This document shows positions 31,415 through 42,348 of a DNA stretch of 64,000 nt, piece by piece. The notes beneath the pieces were generated by a model that saw only the letters and a program-made list of their open reading frames with translations, ran no database searches and had not been told where the DNA came from. The first letter of the stretch is position 1; the number at the start of each line of letters is the position of its first letter. A program made the position numbers and the translations under genes. This DNA comes from Candidatus Latescibacterota bacterium (GTDB lineage: Bacteria; Latescibacterota; UBA2968), in assembly GCA_965198115.1 (NCBI GenBank), contig OZ240241.1:960001-1024000 (forward strand), read 5' to 3'.

Positions 31415-31719
31415 ATGCTGTACTGGCTTCTGTTCAGTCTGCTTGGCGTCTTCATTGTCAAGTATTATACCGCTGTGGAAATGCGAAACTCGAGCGGCGT
31501 CTGGAGCGGGTAAAGGACGATCTCGGGCAGGTCAAAGACAAGCTCGGGAGCGTCCAGGACCACATGGATCAGGTGAAAACCGAAGAAGATTCTTACGAAG
31601 ACCGTGTCAGACGTATCAAAGAAACGATCGAGGATCTTGAGATTCGAATGACGTCATCGGGAGAAGAGGAAGGTGACGAAGTGATCATTTCTGACGGAGC
31701 CCCGCCTCGTCCTTTCTGA
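31415..31719 (+). CDS. Small TM-anchored coiled-coil protein (paralog 1), frameshift in A-run near 31487
   Basis: GGAGG RBS; MLYWLLFSLLGVFIVKYYTAVEMR[K]LERRLERVKDDL...; similar to 31729-32037. Confidence 0.7.
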
Positions 31720-31728
31720 AACAGATTT

Positions 31729-32037
31729 ATGTTCTGGCTCATAATAGGATCACTCGGCGCCATTTTTACGAAGTACTACACAGCGGTGGGGTCTAGAAAG
31801 CTTCATCGAAGGATCAACAACGTCAAACTCGACCTCGAACACGCGCGCCGACGGTTGAAGGAAGTGCGCGAGCAGGAGTACGGTATATCGCAGGACGAAG
31901 AGGTCGTTATCCAACGGGTCCGATACACCAAAGAACTGATCGACGATCTTCGGATCCGGCTGACCACTTCGGAAGACGACTCGGTTTCAGTCGGTTTTGA
32001 CAGTAAACCGATATCCGTACCGGCGGTCATTTTCTGA
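31729..32037 (+). CDS. Small TM-anchored coiled-coil protein (paralog 2)
   Basis: MFWLIIGSLGAIFTKYYTAV.. then heptads; shares KYYTAV and I.DL.IR.T.S with paralog 1. Confidence 0.7.
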   Translation: MFWLIIGSLGAIFTKYYTAVGSRKLHRRINNVKLDLEHARRRLKEVREQEYGISQDEEVVIQRVRYTKELIDDLRIRLTTSEDDSVSVGFDSKPISVPAVIF

Positions 32038-32101
32038 TCCGTTGGTGGATGTATGTAAGGCCGACGGCAATAATCGCCGCCGGCCGTTTCTATGCCTCGC
32101 C

Positions 32102-32130
32102 TTGACGCAGAAAAGTCAAATGTGTAAGTT
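32102..32130 (+). promoter_or_regulatory. Putative promoter of tRNA-Pro
   Basis: TTGACG-17 nt-TAAGTT. Confidence 0.5.
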
Positions 32131-32323
32131 GCGGTCCGCGGCCAAACCTGCACTGAGCACCTCGACTTCGCTCGGCACAGGGTCCGTCGAAGTGGCCGCG
32201 GAGTTGCCAGTTGTCAGGATTTAGCTGTCAGAGAGTCCGCGTTCAGGTCTGGTTATTGCGGTAGGCATATCCCGAACGAAACTACCGACAACTGAAAACT
32301 GACGCCTGACAACTGACTTTGGT

Positions 32324-32400
<77 letters not shown>

Positions 32401-32695
32401 GTCTTAAATCAAACGGGCAGAAGAATTTACGGGATTTATGTCCTGTCACTTCTTCTGCCCGTTTTGCGCTAAATCTAAGCCTGATCTAAGGAAATGCGTG
32501 ATTTACGTGGTATTGGCCACCCAGAGTGGCTAAGATTGAAGTAGGTGCAGTCCTTATCTGAACCGGAGGCGGTACACGACCAACATGTTGGACGTTTCCA
32601 CAGGTGAGTTTGGAGACCGTACGACGATGGAGGAGTCAGTGTCGAAAAGGATGATGCAGTCCCGGCGGGTCGGGACGGATGGGGCGGCCCGGAGC

Positions 32696-32787
32696 GGGAG
32701 CGGGTGGCTTGGCAGCGGGCGGAGGAGCGCACGCACTGGGAGCGGGTGGCTTGGCAGCGGGCGGAGGAGCGCACGCACTGGGAGCGG
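32696..32787 (+). repeat. 42-bp tandem duplication (2.2 copies) in a gene remnant
   Basis: GGGAGCGGGTGGCTTGGCAGCGGGCGGAGGAGCGCACGCACT x2, encoding ERVAWQRAEERTHW. Confidence 0.9.
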
Positions 32788-32984
32788 CTTCAGAGGCGGC
32801 GGGGGAAGGCGCTCGGGGAACTGGAGAAACGGAGCAAGCGGGAGTGGTCGGCGCTTTACGGGCGTCACCAGCGGCAGCGGGAACAGTTGTCGAAAGATTG
32901 CCGAGGGGTGCTGGGGCGCTTCAGGCTATGGCGGGAGCTGGGCGGCGGATGCATCGCCATCACCAGCCGAGAGGATAGGGCGAG

Positions 32985-33048
32985 ATCTGGAACGACCTTG
33001 CTTGCCGGCAGCAGTTTGGGACGACGGTGGGTTGGCATCGAACTCAAC
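32985..33048 (+). pseudogene. Tiny fragment of an N4/N6 DNA methyltransferase
   Basis: SGTTLLAGSSLGRRWVGIELN resembles the motif I region. Confidence 0.45.
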
Positions 33049-33433
33049 GTATCTCCCATATTTACTTGGTGTGTTTCGCGCGCGATACCAGAGCGGATCT
33101 CGAAGGGCGATCACCACTCCAGAGCCAAGTTCTATTCAACGCCTCCACCAATTCAATCATACAACCTGTTGATAAGCAATGTTTTATGTCTGCACAGGAA
33201 AGGCTTTCCCCTCATTTTCACCACCATTCCTGAACGGAAGTGCCAGGTCGTTTGGACGCCTATTCAGATGTGCACTAACTTCTGACTGATTCTGTCGGTT
33301 TCTGATTGGTCGGTAATCATTCACCCATCGTGAGTTTCACCGAGTTCGATCACTGTGGGCTTGGGGTCAAAGCCAGGGGGCATAAAAGAACCGCCTGGCT
33401 GAGCCTTCTGTTCCGTCGGATAGGGGGATAAGG

Positions 33434-34966
33434 ATGAAGCGTCGGCCAGGGCGTCCACCAAAACCTTTCCTTGAGAAGAAGCGGACCTACATCGGGTTCT
33501 GGGATTTTCTTAAGCGGGTCAAGGAACGGGGCGGTTCGCTTGATCCGGTCGAGGTGTTTGACGTGTTGTTCGAATGGCAACCAAAGCCTTGCAGGATGTG
33601 CGAATACCACCTCTTGATCGAGGAGGTCCGCCGATGCCTTGGAGTGGTCCACCGGAACAACGAGAAGGTCCTAAGTGGAAGGGGAGCTCACGGGAAGAGG
33701 CAGCTCATTGCGGATCTGATGAGTCTTTGGACAAGCGACGACCCTTACCCGTTCAATTTGGACCTCGGCGATCCCCACCGGCACGGGTGGGTTCCCCTGG
33801 GATTTCGCGGGCCCGGTGATAACAAGGTATATGTCGATCGAGAGCTCGTCGGGCTGGGTGACGGAATAGACGGAATAGATTACGATCTCGTGGGGCTACC
33901 GAGGGAGAAGGGAAAATACACAGTTAAGTTTCGCAGAAGCCGCTCGGAAGACCGGGTTATCGACCTCAGCACCAGAGTGTTACACTTCGGTGATCCGGTG
34001 GCAGATGAGGTCTGGGAGAGTCGTCATCGTGGCATATCAGGTGAGGGCTTCTGGGCTGAAATCAGGGGGAACCTCGTCTACATTGAGGACCCTGGTTCAC
34101 CGGAGGAGGATGACGAAGTAGCAGCATTTCTGGCCGAAGTGAACGGCCTGCATTCGGGATTCCACATACCCGAAGAGGAGAGGAGGAGGGGTGTCCGCGC
34201 TGAGAGCTTTAGCCGTATCGTCAAGAAGAGGCTCGGGGGGTCAGGGCGGCCCGATCTTGAGTTGGAGGCCGTAGACGCGAAGGGAATCCGTCGCCTGCTT
34301 TGCTCGCCGGACGTGCTCGACAGAGCTGTAGCTGTCTACCTGATCAAAGTGGCTCAGGGCGCGGGCGCGGAACCGTCAGCTTTAGAGCCGGAACCAACCG
34401 TCAAACGAGCCAGCAGACCCCACATGCACACAGAGGAGGCAAGGCAAGTCCTCTTGGACGCTGTCCAGGAAGATGTAGTCGCTGTCGTAAGTGCATGGCT
34501 GAGGGGCAGAGGTAAGGAGATTGTCAGGCACCTCGGGTACGCAGAAGCAGAAGCGGAGATCCTATCCGTGGCGCGGTTCCTGGCCGGAGGGCTCATCTAT
34601 GGGGATAGGCCAAGGGATTTACGGGAACTCCTAATGCGAATCGGAAAAGCTGGCGAGTATGAGCTACTTGCCTCGAAGCGGCTGGACCAGTTGCTAAGAC
34701 GACACATCGAGTTTGATCTCTACGTCGTGTCGTGGGCCTATATCGAACTTGCTAAGCAGATCCATAGTTCCCACCTATCGCAGGGCGCCGTGGACATTCC
34801 GAATATCCTGACGCTGTTGAAATCAGGAAAGGGACCGGACCCATCGGCTATACGCGAGTTAGGTCAGATAGCACAAGCCTGGTTGCGAAGTGCTGGGGAG
34901 TTGCAGGGGGGGTCAACGCACATGTTGGTGACATTCGTGCTCTCTTCGATCCCTTCTCCTGGCTGA
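33434..34966 (+). CDS. Hypothetical 510-aa protein, N-terminal AT-hook-like RPGRPPK
   Basis: Long ORF, codon usage unlike the core genes; stop overlaps the next ATG. Confidence 0.7.
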   Translation: MKRRPGRPPKPFLEKKRTYIGFWDFLKRVKERGGSLDPVEVFDVLFEWQPKPCRMCEYHLLIEEVRRCLGVVHRNNEKVLSGRGAHGKRQLIADLMSLWTSDDPYPFNLDLGDPHRHGWVPLGFRGPGDNKVYVDRELVGLGDGIDGIDYDLVGLPREKGKYTVKFRRSRSEDRVIDLSTRVLHFGDPVADEVWESRHRGISGEGFWAEIRGNLVYIEDPGSPEEDDEVAAFLAEVNGLHSGFHIPEEERRRGVRAESFSRIVKKRLGGSGRPDLELEAVDAKGIRRLLCSPDVLDRAVAVYLIKVAQGAGAEPSALEPEPTVKRASRPHMHTEEARQVLLDAVQEDVVAVVSAWLRGRGKEIVRHLGYAEAEAEILSVARFLAGGLIYGDRPRDLRELLMRIGKAGEYELLASKRLDQLLRRHIEFDLYVVSWAYIELAKQIHSSHLSQGAVDIPNILTLLKSGKGPDPSAIRELGQIAQAWLRSAGELQGGSTHMLVTFVLSSIPSPG

Positions 34967-35598
34967 TGGGGGAGAGGCTGCTGAATCTCACCACCGATAA
35001 GACTATGGAAGCTTTCGAGGAGGAGTATGCCACCCTGACCGATGAGGACGCTGCAGACACCTACACCCGCCAGGCGATGGCTGCTTCCCGAGTGGCAAAT
35101 CGGAAAATCGTAAACAAGCGGGGTAGGGAAAGGCGGCAAGGAACTCATGGCGTTCGCTTTAACTGGAACGTCTACGATCCCGCTGTCCACCCGACCACCC
35201 TACCCGGATACCTGCGGGAGAGACTGCCCTCATTACTCGACGACAGGCTGGCGCAGCAAGCTCCCCGTAAAGAGGGAACCGGGAAGCTCAACGTCAGCCT
35301 CGACGTCCAAGCTGAGAACTCGGAGGGTGGAGCCCACAGCTCGCCTGACCTTTCACGAAAGACCCTTCCCGACGATGCCGTTGAGCTTCTTGATTCCTGT
35401 CTTGAGGAATTTTTCGAGGAAGCCAGGGTCTCTGAGAGGGATTCGAGGATACTGCGGATGCGCCACATCGACCGTCAGACTTACTCTGACATTGCCTGCG
35501 AGGTCGGCCTCAGCGACAGGCATATTAAACGAATTGTGAAGAAGTTCGACAGCTTTGAGCCGTGGCTGAAGGATCGGTTGTCCCGGCGCGGCGAATAG
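34966..35598 (+). CDS. Sigma-70 region 4-like HTH protein
   Basis: C-terminal 'SERDSRILRMRHIDRQTYSDIACEVGLSDRHIKRIV'. Confidence 0.7.
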   Translation: MGERLLNLTTDKTMEAFEEEYATLTDEDAADTYTRQAMAASRVANRKIVNKRGRERRQGTHGVRFNWNVYDPAVHPTTLPGYLRERLPSLLDDRLAQQAPRKEGTGKLNVSLDVQAENSEGGAHSSPDLSRKTLPDDAVELLDSCLEEFFEEARVSERDSRILRMRHIDRQTYSDIACEVGLSDRHIKRIVKKFDSFEPWLKDRLSRRGE

Positions 35599-36629
35599 CG
35601 CACTTCTGCACGAACCACTCAGAAAAACCGGGGGTCATCCTTATTGGATGTCCCTCTTTTTTGGCTCTATCCGGGTTTCTCAACGGTGAAACTATAGAAT
35701 GACAAGGTCATAGATCGTTCCCTACGCTTGGTTGTGTGTGTAGGACAATCAAAGCGAAGGGGGTGCGACCTATGACCGGGAGCAGATTACTATCGAAACT
35801 GCTGAGATTCAAGGGGTTCCGTGTTGTCAGCTGGTGGTTTGAGGGGAGAAGCTGCTTCGTCATCGCCGTAAAGCCACATAAGAATGGTTGTTGTTGTCCG
35901 GAGTTCGGCCGTCGAGGTAAAATCGTCCGCACAATGCCCCATCCGCGTCGGTGGCGTGACATTCCGGTGTGCGGGTGGAGGGTCTGGCTTCTCTACCATC
36001 CTCGGGAGATTCGGTGTCCTACCCACGGTCGTGTGGTCGAGGAGATTCCGTGGGCGGAGCGGTTCTCTCGGGTGACGTATCGCTTCGAGTATGCCATGCT
36101 GCGCTACTGCCAGACCATGACGCAGAAGGCGGCGTCCGAGTTACTGCGCATCTCTGCCTCGACGCTGTCGGATCTCCTTCACCGATCCATCACGCGGCTT
36201 CGTGAAGGTCATCGTATCCGAGGGCTCAAAACCATCGGGATCGACGAGATCTCCTACGCCAAGCGTCACAGGTACGCCACGCTCGTTTACGATCTGGACC
36301 GCTCCTGCGTGGTGTGGGTTGGCCGCGGCAGGGCGCGTAAAACGATCGATCGGTTCTTCACAGAGGCTCTCAGTCCCTACCGGAGATCCAAGATCGGGTG
36401 GGCCTGCTGCGACATGAGCGAAGCTTACATCGGAGCCATCCAGGAACACTGTCCGAATGCCAAGCTGGTCCTCGATCGCTTTCACATCGTCAAGGCTCTC
36501 AATGCCGCCGTTGACGAGGTCCGTAAGGACCAGTGGCGTAAAGCTGCCCCGGATGAGCGCAAAGCCATGAAGGGCCTCCGATGGCTCCTCTACCGGCACT
36601 CAGCGACACGCTCCAGAGGGGATACTCGG

Positions 36630-38003
36630 GAGCTCAGGTCAATAGGTGTGTAAAAGAAATCAGGCGGCCATCTTCCCGGCTTCGACCTGCGGTCCGGTTG
36701 AGTGTTTCTGATCGTAGACTTGTTGTAGCAAGTGTGGCGCGGTGAGTTTCCTGAATCGGCTCTCTGCGACCTTGAGCGTACGCCAGATGAGAGCCGTGGC
36801 GTTCCTGACTTTCTTGAATCGCCTGGCGGCGTTTGTGCGAAGCCGAACGGAAGCAAAGGGGCTCTCGACGACGTTCGTGGTTCTCAGGTGTTTCCAGTGT
36901 TCCTTCGGGAAGTCGTAGAACGTGACCATCCGATCCCAGTCTCTTTCGAGCGTCTCCACGGCGGCAGGGAACTGTGAGCGATACCGTGCGGCAAAGCGTT
37001 TCCGGAGCTTCTCGGCCTCCTTTTTCGTGCCGGCATAGGGGATCTGGACGAGCAGTGCGCGGGCTTCAGCCTGTGCACGCTTGGCGACCTTGTCGAGCAC
37101 GTTGAGGATCTTGTGGTTCCAGCACCGTTGTTGCCGGCTCTCTGGCCAGACCTGATCAACGGCCGCCCAGATGCCCATATTCCCGTCCGCGGCGATCAGG
37201 ACAGGATGTTCGAGCCCGCGATCCCGGAGATCCCGGAGCACCGTGAGCCAGGATTCTGTAGACTCTCGATAACCGGGTTCTATCGCCAGGATCTCCTTGC
37301 TGCCGTCGCTCATCGCGCCGATCACGACCAGCAGACACGCCTTCTCGCGCTCGAGCCCGGCTTTGACGTAGATGCCATCAGCCCAGGCGTAGACCAGTTC
37401 GCGATTATCCAGACGCCTTTCTTTCCAGTCCTGGAAGTCGACCTCCCACTTCCCTCGAAGACGAGCGATCGAGGTCGGCGAAAGCGGCGCGCCATCACCG
37501 AGCAGCGCACGCAAAGACAACTCGAAGTCGCCCTGGGAGAGACCGTGGAGATAAAGGTCGGGAAGCAGATCTCCAATGGCCCTGGTTCTCCGGGCGAACA
37601 GGGGGAGGATGCGGCTTTCAAACCGCTCTTCCAGACCACGAACCCGGGGACGCCGGACCTTGATCGTTCCGCAGCTCGTCGAGAGACGCCGGGGCTTGCC
37701 GTAGCCGTTCCTGTAGCCCGTGGAGCTATCGACCTCGGCTCGGCGCTCATACCACGACCGGCCCAAGAACGCGGTCGCCTCCTCCTCCAGAATGGACTGG
37801 AACCGGCCCTGGATCTCTTCACGGATCCAATCGTCAACCGTCTCCCACGTCGGCATGGACTTCAATGGGACTCTATGCGTATGTTCCTTCACGGCGATCC
37901 TCCTTCCCAACCGGGCCTCTCACCCGGTTTTGTGTGAATCAACTATCTCACGGGAAGGGTAGGGTCGCCCTTTCTCTTTTTCCACACCTTTTGATTATAG
38001 CTC
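36630..38003 (-). mobile_element. IS256-family IS (complete, 1374 bp)
   Basis: IRs GAGCTCAGGTCAATAGGTGTG / CACACCTTTTGATTATAGCTC; 8-bp TSD ATACTCGG (36622-36629, 38004-38011). Confidence 0.95.
36660..37910 (-). CDS. IS256 (Mutator) transposase
   Basis: YRNGY, WADG, ADG, QRCWNHK, LRTTNVVES. Confidence 0.95.
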   Translation of the reverse strand: MGRRIAVKEHTHRVPLKSMPTWETVDDWIREEIQGRFQSILEEEATAFLGRSWYERRAEVDSSTGYRNGYGKPRRLSTSCGTIKVRRPRVRGLEERFESRILPLFARRTRAIGDLLPDLYLHGLSQGDFELSLRALLGDGAPLSPTSIARLRGKWEVDFQDWKERRLDNRELVYAWADGIYVKAGLEREKACLLVVIGAMSDGSKEILAIEPGYRESTESWLTVLRDLRDRGLEHPVLIAADGNMGIWAAVDQVWPESRQQRCWNHKILNVLDKVAKRAQAEARALLVQIPYAGTKKEAEKLRKRFAARYRSQFPAAVETLERDWDRMVTFYDFPKEHWKHLRTTNVVESPFASVRLRTNAARRFKKVRNATALIWRTLKVAESRFRKLTAPHLLQQVYDQKHSTGPQVEAGKMAA

Positions 38004-38534
38004 ATACTCGGACACTCAAAGCACTGGAGAAGGCGAACTACCGAATCTATAGAGCCTGGAGACTCAAGGACGAGTTCGAGCAGTTCTGGGAATACAAAGC
38101 GCCCTGGGCTGCCGAACGCTTCCTGAAATGCTGGACGACGTCCGCACTCAGAAGTCGACTTGAACCCCTGCGAAAGTTCGTCAGGACCCTGCGACAGCAC
38201 TTCTTCGGCGTCCTCGCATTCGTGAACACGCGTCTTACCAACGCCATCGCCGAAGGCCTCAACCGAATCGTCCAAATCGTCAAGAACCGAGCCAGCGGAT
38301 TCCGCACACTCGACGCATTCAACGATATGATCTTCCTTACCGTCGGAGACATAAACATCCCTGAGCAGATTCCGAAGAGGTTCCGCACACTCTAACCGCG
38401 CCCCCATGCCAGGAACCACGGCACCTTCACCCACTTCATCTCGTTGAGAGATCCGGATATAGCCTTTTTTTGACCGCTGGATGAGTTCAGGGAGTTAACG
38501 GAGAGTGTTGCCATCATCTGAGGAGGTCTGAACT

Positions 38535-38714
38535 GTGGTCGAAAACCATTACCTGAGCCTTCAGGAGGTCGCGCAGCGGTGGGGCATCCCTATAAGCTGG
38601 CTTTATGAGAGAAGCAGGAAGGACGTGCTCCCAGGTCAGCGTCGGCTTGGTAGACATGTGCGCATTGAACCGGATGAGTTCGAGGAGGGAGTCAAACGGG
38701 GCGAATTGTCCTGA
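38535..38714 (+). CDS. 59-aa excisionase/AlpA-like HTH protein (below ORF-track cutoff)
   Basis: AGGAGG RBS; VVENHYLSLQEVAQRWGIPISWLYERSRKDVLPGQRRLGRHVRIEPDEFEEGVKRGELS. Confidence 0.75.
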   Translation: MVENHYLSLQEVAQRWGIPISWLYERSRKDVLPGQRRLGRHVRIEPDEFEEGVKRGELS

Positions 38715-38949
38715 TCAAAGTCTCCCCAAGTGGCTCTATCTGGGGTCGAAATACGAGTGGAAAGGAGACAATCATCCATGCGCCATCAACCATCGATGGC
38801 GATTCCTTGACCTCCAAGGTCGAGTGCGACCTGTCCTTGAGCGGATGGCAAAGTTATTTTGTCTCCTGCTGCTTTGAGGTGATCGGAATATCAGTATATT
38901 TATAATGTGAAGGGCCGACAATACAAGGACGCCCCCGGACCGCGCCTAC

Positions 38950-39170
38950 ATCGACCGCGCGCAAGAAGACATTGCCGTCTTCTCCCGGGTCTGCCGGCAG
39001 AAGTCGCGCTCGTGACCACGCAGTCGCGTGCCGTGCCGCTGCAAGACGGTGCCGGGGAACCGACGCTCTTTCTCGGGGCGGATGCGTGGGACAATCCGAC
39101 GCTGCTGGACAATGACGAAGCCGCCATCGATGGCAGTTTCTTCAGCAGCCATTCTTCGCCGGACACGAGA
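38950..39170 (+). pseudogene. Fragment resembling a branched-chain ABC substrate-binding protein
   Basis: 'LFLGADAWDNPTLL...IDGSFFSSH'. Confidence 0.4.
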
Positions 39171-39188
39171 TGATGGCGAGCGACACTC

Positions 39189-41113
39189 GTGCGGGCAAGG
39201 GCCTACGATCTGGTGCTGAATGGGAACGAAATCGGCGGTGGCAGCATCAGAATCAACCATCGGGAGGTCCAGGAGCGCATGTTCCGGCTTCTGGGCATCG
39301 AAAAAGAAGAGGCAGAGGCTAAATTCGGATTTCTGCTGGACGCATTCCGCTTCGGAGCGCCGCCGCACGGCGGCATTGCGTTCGGTTTCGACCGTCTCGT
39401 GGCCCTGATGGCAAAGAAATCCTTCATTCGGGACGTCATACCGTTCCCCAAGACGAACCAGGCAGCCTCCCTAACCTGAATCATGCATGAATTTGAGTTT
39501 AGGTTGTTTTGGAGTGATGTGATCACGCACAGGATTTGTTCTCGGCTTCTTCGGATGTCCAAGGTCCCGTAAGCGGTCTCTACGAGTCGCAAGAGTCACG
39601 ATTTTCGTCCGGAACAGGTGTTGTTTTGCGACGTGTACATAGCTGTCCCCGGTATAGATCGGCGTTGTTACTGCGTGTTCGTTTCGAGCCTGGTGATGAT
39701 TGACACCAAGACGTTTTTGAGTGGATACGATGTTGGAAAATGGAATCGGATTCTTCGTGCGCTTTCAATGACTCTCGCGCCGATTTTGAGGAAACGGTTC
39801 TGTATCGTGTTGACCTGAGGTTTGGTCCACGCGGTGCCCTTGAGTCCCTGTGATCGGAGTGCGTGAAGCAAGGCGTATGCAGCACTGTGTAGAAAGAGTC
39901 GGAACTGGTTGGCTTCAAACTTGTGGCACGATGTTCGATCGGATACGATCATAGATAAAGCCGTCTCGATTACTCTGTAAATTGGTCACGCGGTATCTTG
40001 GATTTGCTTCGCCGTTTGTGACTTCAGCCTTGTGAATGATCCGGCGAGGCTGCCGGTAGGTGCCAGCCTGATATGAGAAGGATGAGAACAAGCGAATCGT
40101 CTCCTTATGCTCGCTCAGACGTAGCGCTTGGTCCATCAGGTTTTGTCCAGCCGCTTTGAGCTTGGAGTTGGCGCCCTGGCCCAGAACGTAGTAGATACCG
40201 TTGTCTTCGCAGAAATCGTGCATCTCTGGTGAGCTGAACTTTGAGTCTGCGCGAACGATGATCTCCACGTTTGGCCAAGATCCGCGTAGGTGTTCCACCA
40301 AGCGCTTGAGAATAGAAACGACCTGTTTACCGTTCGTCGGATGCCCGGGTCTCAAGATCGTCGTAATGAGCTTGCCGCTTTGGCCTTCATAGATATGTAG
40401 CGGCATATAGCAGTGTTCATTGTAATACGCGTTGAAGAGTGAAAATTGTTGCGCACCGTGCGTTGGGTCATCCGTGTCGTCGATATCGAGAATGATGCTT
40501 GGGGGTGCCTGGTCATACGATGCGATGAACCCGTCTACAAAAGCCCGTGCGAGCCGATACAAATCCGAGCGTCGCACATCATTCTCAAGTCGTGTCATCG
40601 TTGATTGGCTCCCGAGATCAGGACCGGAAAGAGGAAGCCGATCGCAGGCAGCCTTGACGCCCGGATCGTGGCGCAAATCATCACAATCGACGGCATCTTC
40701 ATAGCCGCAAGCGATCTGAAAAACACGCTGCTTCACAAGATCCAAAAGCGTGTGATCGATATAGCTTGGGTGACGACGATCTCGCAAAGCATCTACCATT
40801 CTGGCGATCAATCCCATCTGAGACTCAAGGGCGCGAAGCAACAGAACTCCACCGTCACTCCTGACGGCGCCACCGGCAAAATCAGCCTCAACTACCTTGC
40901 CCGAAATGCTTGCGAATGGTAACCGGATCTGACTAGGTTCTATCACGGTAGTTCCTTCCAAGTGTTGTTTTGATGTGTCAGCCCTAATGTAGGGAAAAAC
41001 AAACACTTGTACAAGGAGACTACCTTTTTTATGCATAATTCAGGCTAATGGACAATTCGCCATCTGACGTCTCTCCGGCCCAGTTGCGCGAACTCGGGCT
41101 GCGATTGACCTGA
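39189..41113 (+). pseudogene. aspS: 3' fragment of aspartyl-tRNA synthetase, split by IS1380
   Basis: [18 protein letters not shown]...[13 protein letters not shown]...DVIPFPKT at 39189-39474; continues LMDNSPSDVSPAQLRELGLRLT* at 41045-41113. Confidence 0.9.
39475..41044 (-). mobile_element. IS1380-family IS with an internally deleted transposase (about 39668-40946)
   Basis: IRs CCTGAATCATGCAT / ATGCATAATTCAGG; 4-bp TSD CTAA; SDGGVLL, GYEDAVD, LDID.TDD.THG.Q, RADS, SDRTSCH motifs. Confidence 0.92.
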
Positions 41114-41391
41114 CCCCGGAGGGTGGCGATCCAGGAGTTGCCTCCCCTTTCGGGCTCGAAATTCGGTTCGACAAGGGCTCCTCGGACGGGTTTTAGGCAG
41201 CACGAGACCGATCAATCAGAATGCTGCAAACGGTTTAAAGAACAACCGCATATTCAGATTTTCACTTGACTTACGTCATGGGCTGTAGTAAGTTGGTGCA
41301 GCACGCCTATTTAGTAGGCGTCGTCTTTGCCGATTCTCTAAAATACGCAAGATCGTCGGTCGATTTTGTCGAAACCAGGAGAAGCCACTCT

Positions 41392-41667
41392 ATGTCTCAA
41401 TGCAGACTGCTGAAGCGGGCGACGGGTGTCGGGTTGGCGGTAGCAATGCTTTCGCTGCCCCTGCTTTCCGGCTGCACGTCCATGGCATCCAAAGAGCAGC
41501 TCAACATGCTTGCAGACGCTCGAAAACGAGCCGAATCGGCCGAGGCGGATCTCAACACCTGCAAACAGCACCGCGCACAGCTCGAACGGGAGTTGGCCGA
41601 CAAAAAGGCGCTTCTCGCCAAGCTCAGGAATGATCGCGACGTCGTCAAAAAGGCGCTAGGCGAGTAA
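41392..41667 (+). CDS. Small coiled-coil lipoprotein
   Basis: AGGAG RBS; lipobox LSGC; about 63-aa all-helical mature chain; promoter TTGACT-17-TAAGTT at 41266-41294. Confidence 0.8.
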   Translation: MSQCRLLKRATGVGLAVAMLSLPLLSGCTSMASKEQLNMLADARKRAESAEADLNTCKQHRAQLERELADKKALLAKLRNDRDVVKKALGE

Positions 41668-41688
41668 CCGGTGAAAGGAGTTAAAAAC

Positions 41689-42348
41689 ATGGCATTCAAA
41701 AGAATCACCGCTGCTCTGCTCTGCGCCATCGTCGCTTCTGTCGCATTTTCAGGTATCGCGGACGCACAGCAGGGCATGACTTACGAAGAGAACAAGATTA
41801 AAACAGCTGAGTACGAAAAGCGAACTGTCGACGCTCGACGCGCCCTCGCCGAGTGCAAGAAAATCGACGCCGAGATCACGGTCCTCGACAAGGACGTTGC
41901 GGTTGTTAACGAGGAAATCTACGAAGTCCTGGGGACCGACCAGGCCGGCATCGACGGCTTCCTCTCCGAACTCGATCGCATCGAAGCGCGACTGATGGGG
42001 CTGTTGAATCTTTCAGATGAGGCTTTGTTCGACAAGCGCGACGAAGTCAACTCGATGGAAGATCGCACCGAAGAAATGAAGAAGGACATCCTGGCGAAGC
42101 TTCCCGACGCTCAGAAGAAGCTCCGTAACATCGACCAGCTTCTCGAGCGTATCAACGCTCGCATGCCTCGTAAGCGCGTGAAGCCCTTGCCCTACACCGT
42201 CGCCAGAGGCGACAATCTCTGGAACATCGCAGGAGCCGTCTACAAAGATCCGACGAAATGGCATCGCATCTTCCGTGCGAATCAGAGTCAGATTTCGGAT
42301 GCGAACCGGATCTTCCCGTCCCAGGTGCTCGACATACCCGCGAACTGA
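41689..42348 (+). CDS. Secreted coiled-coil protein with C-terminal LysM domain
   Basis: Signal peptide; YTVARGDNLWNIA..VY.DP.KW.RIF.AN...I.PSQVLDIP. Confidence 0.9.
   Translation: MAFKRITAALLCAIVASVAFSGIADAQQGMTYEENKIKTAEYEKRTVDARRALAECKKIDAEITVLDKDVAVVNEEIYEVLGTDQAGIDGFLSELDRIEARLMGLLNLSDEALFDKRDEVNSMEDRTEEMKKDILAKLPDAQKKLRNIDQLLERINARMPRKRVKPLPYTVARGDNLWNIAGAVYKDPTKWHRIFRANQSQISDANRIFPSQVLDIPAN

Larger units (their letters stand above)
35663..38464 (+). mobile_element. ISL3 copy 2, interrupted by IS256
   Basis: Same IRs as copy 1; transposase split into 35736-36629 and 38004-38395; T-rich flanks. Confidence 0.95.

Noticed and set aside
17100-31500. Programmed frameshifting or true pseudogenes at about 17130, 20617, 21072 and 31487
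   Set aside because: Mostly single-base losses in short homopolymers of otherwise intact genes, with no slippery heptamer plus structure; most simply sequencing error.
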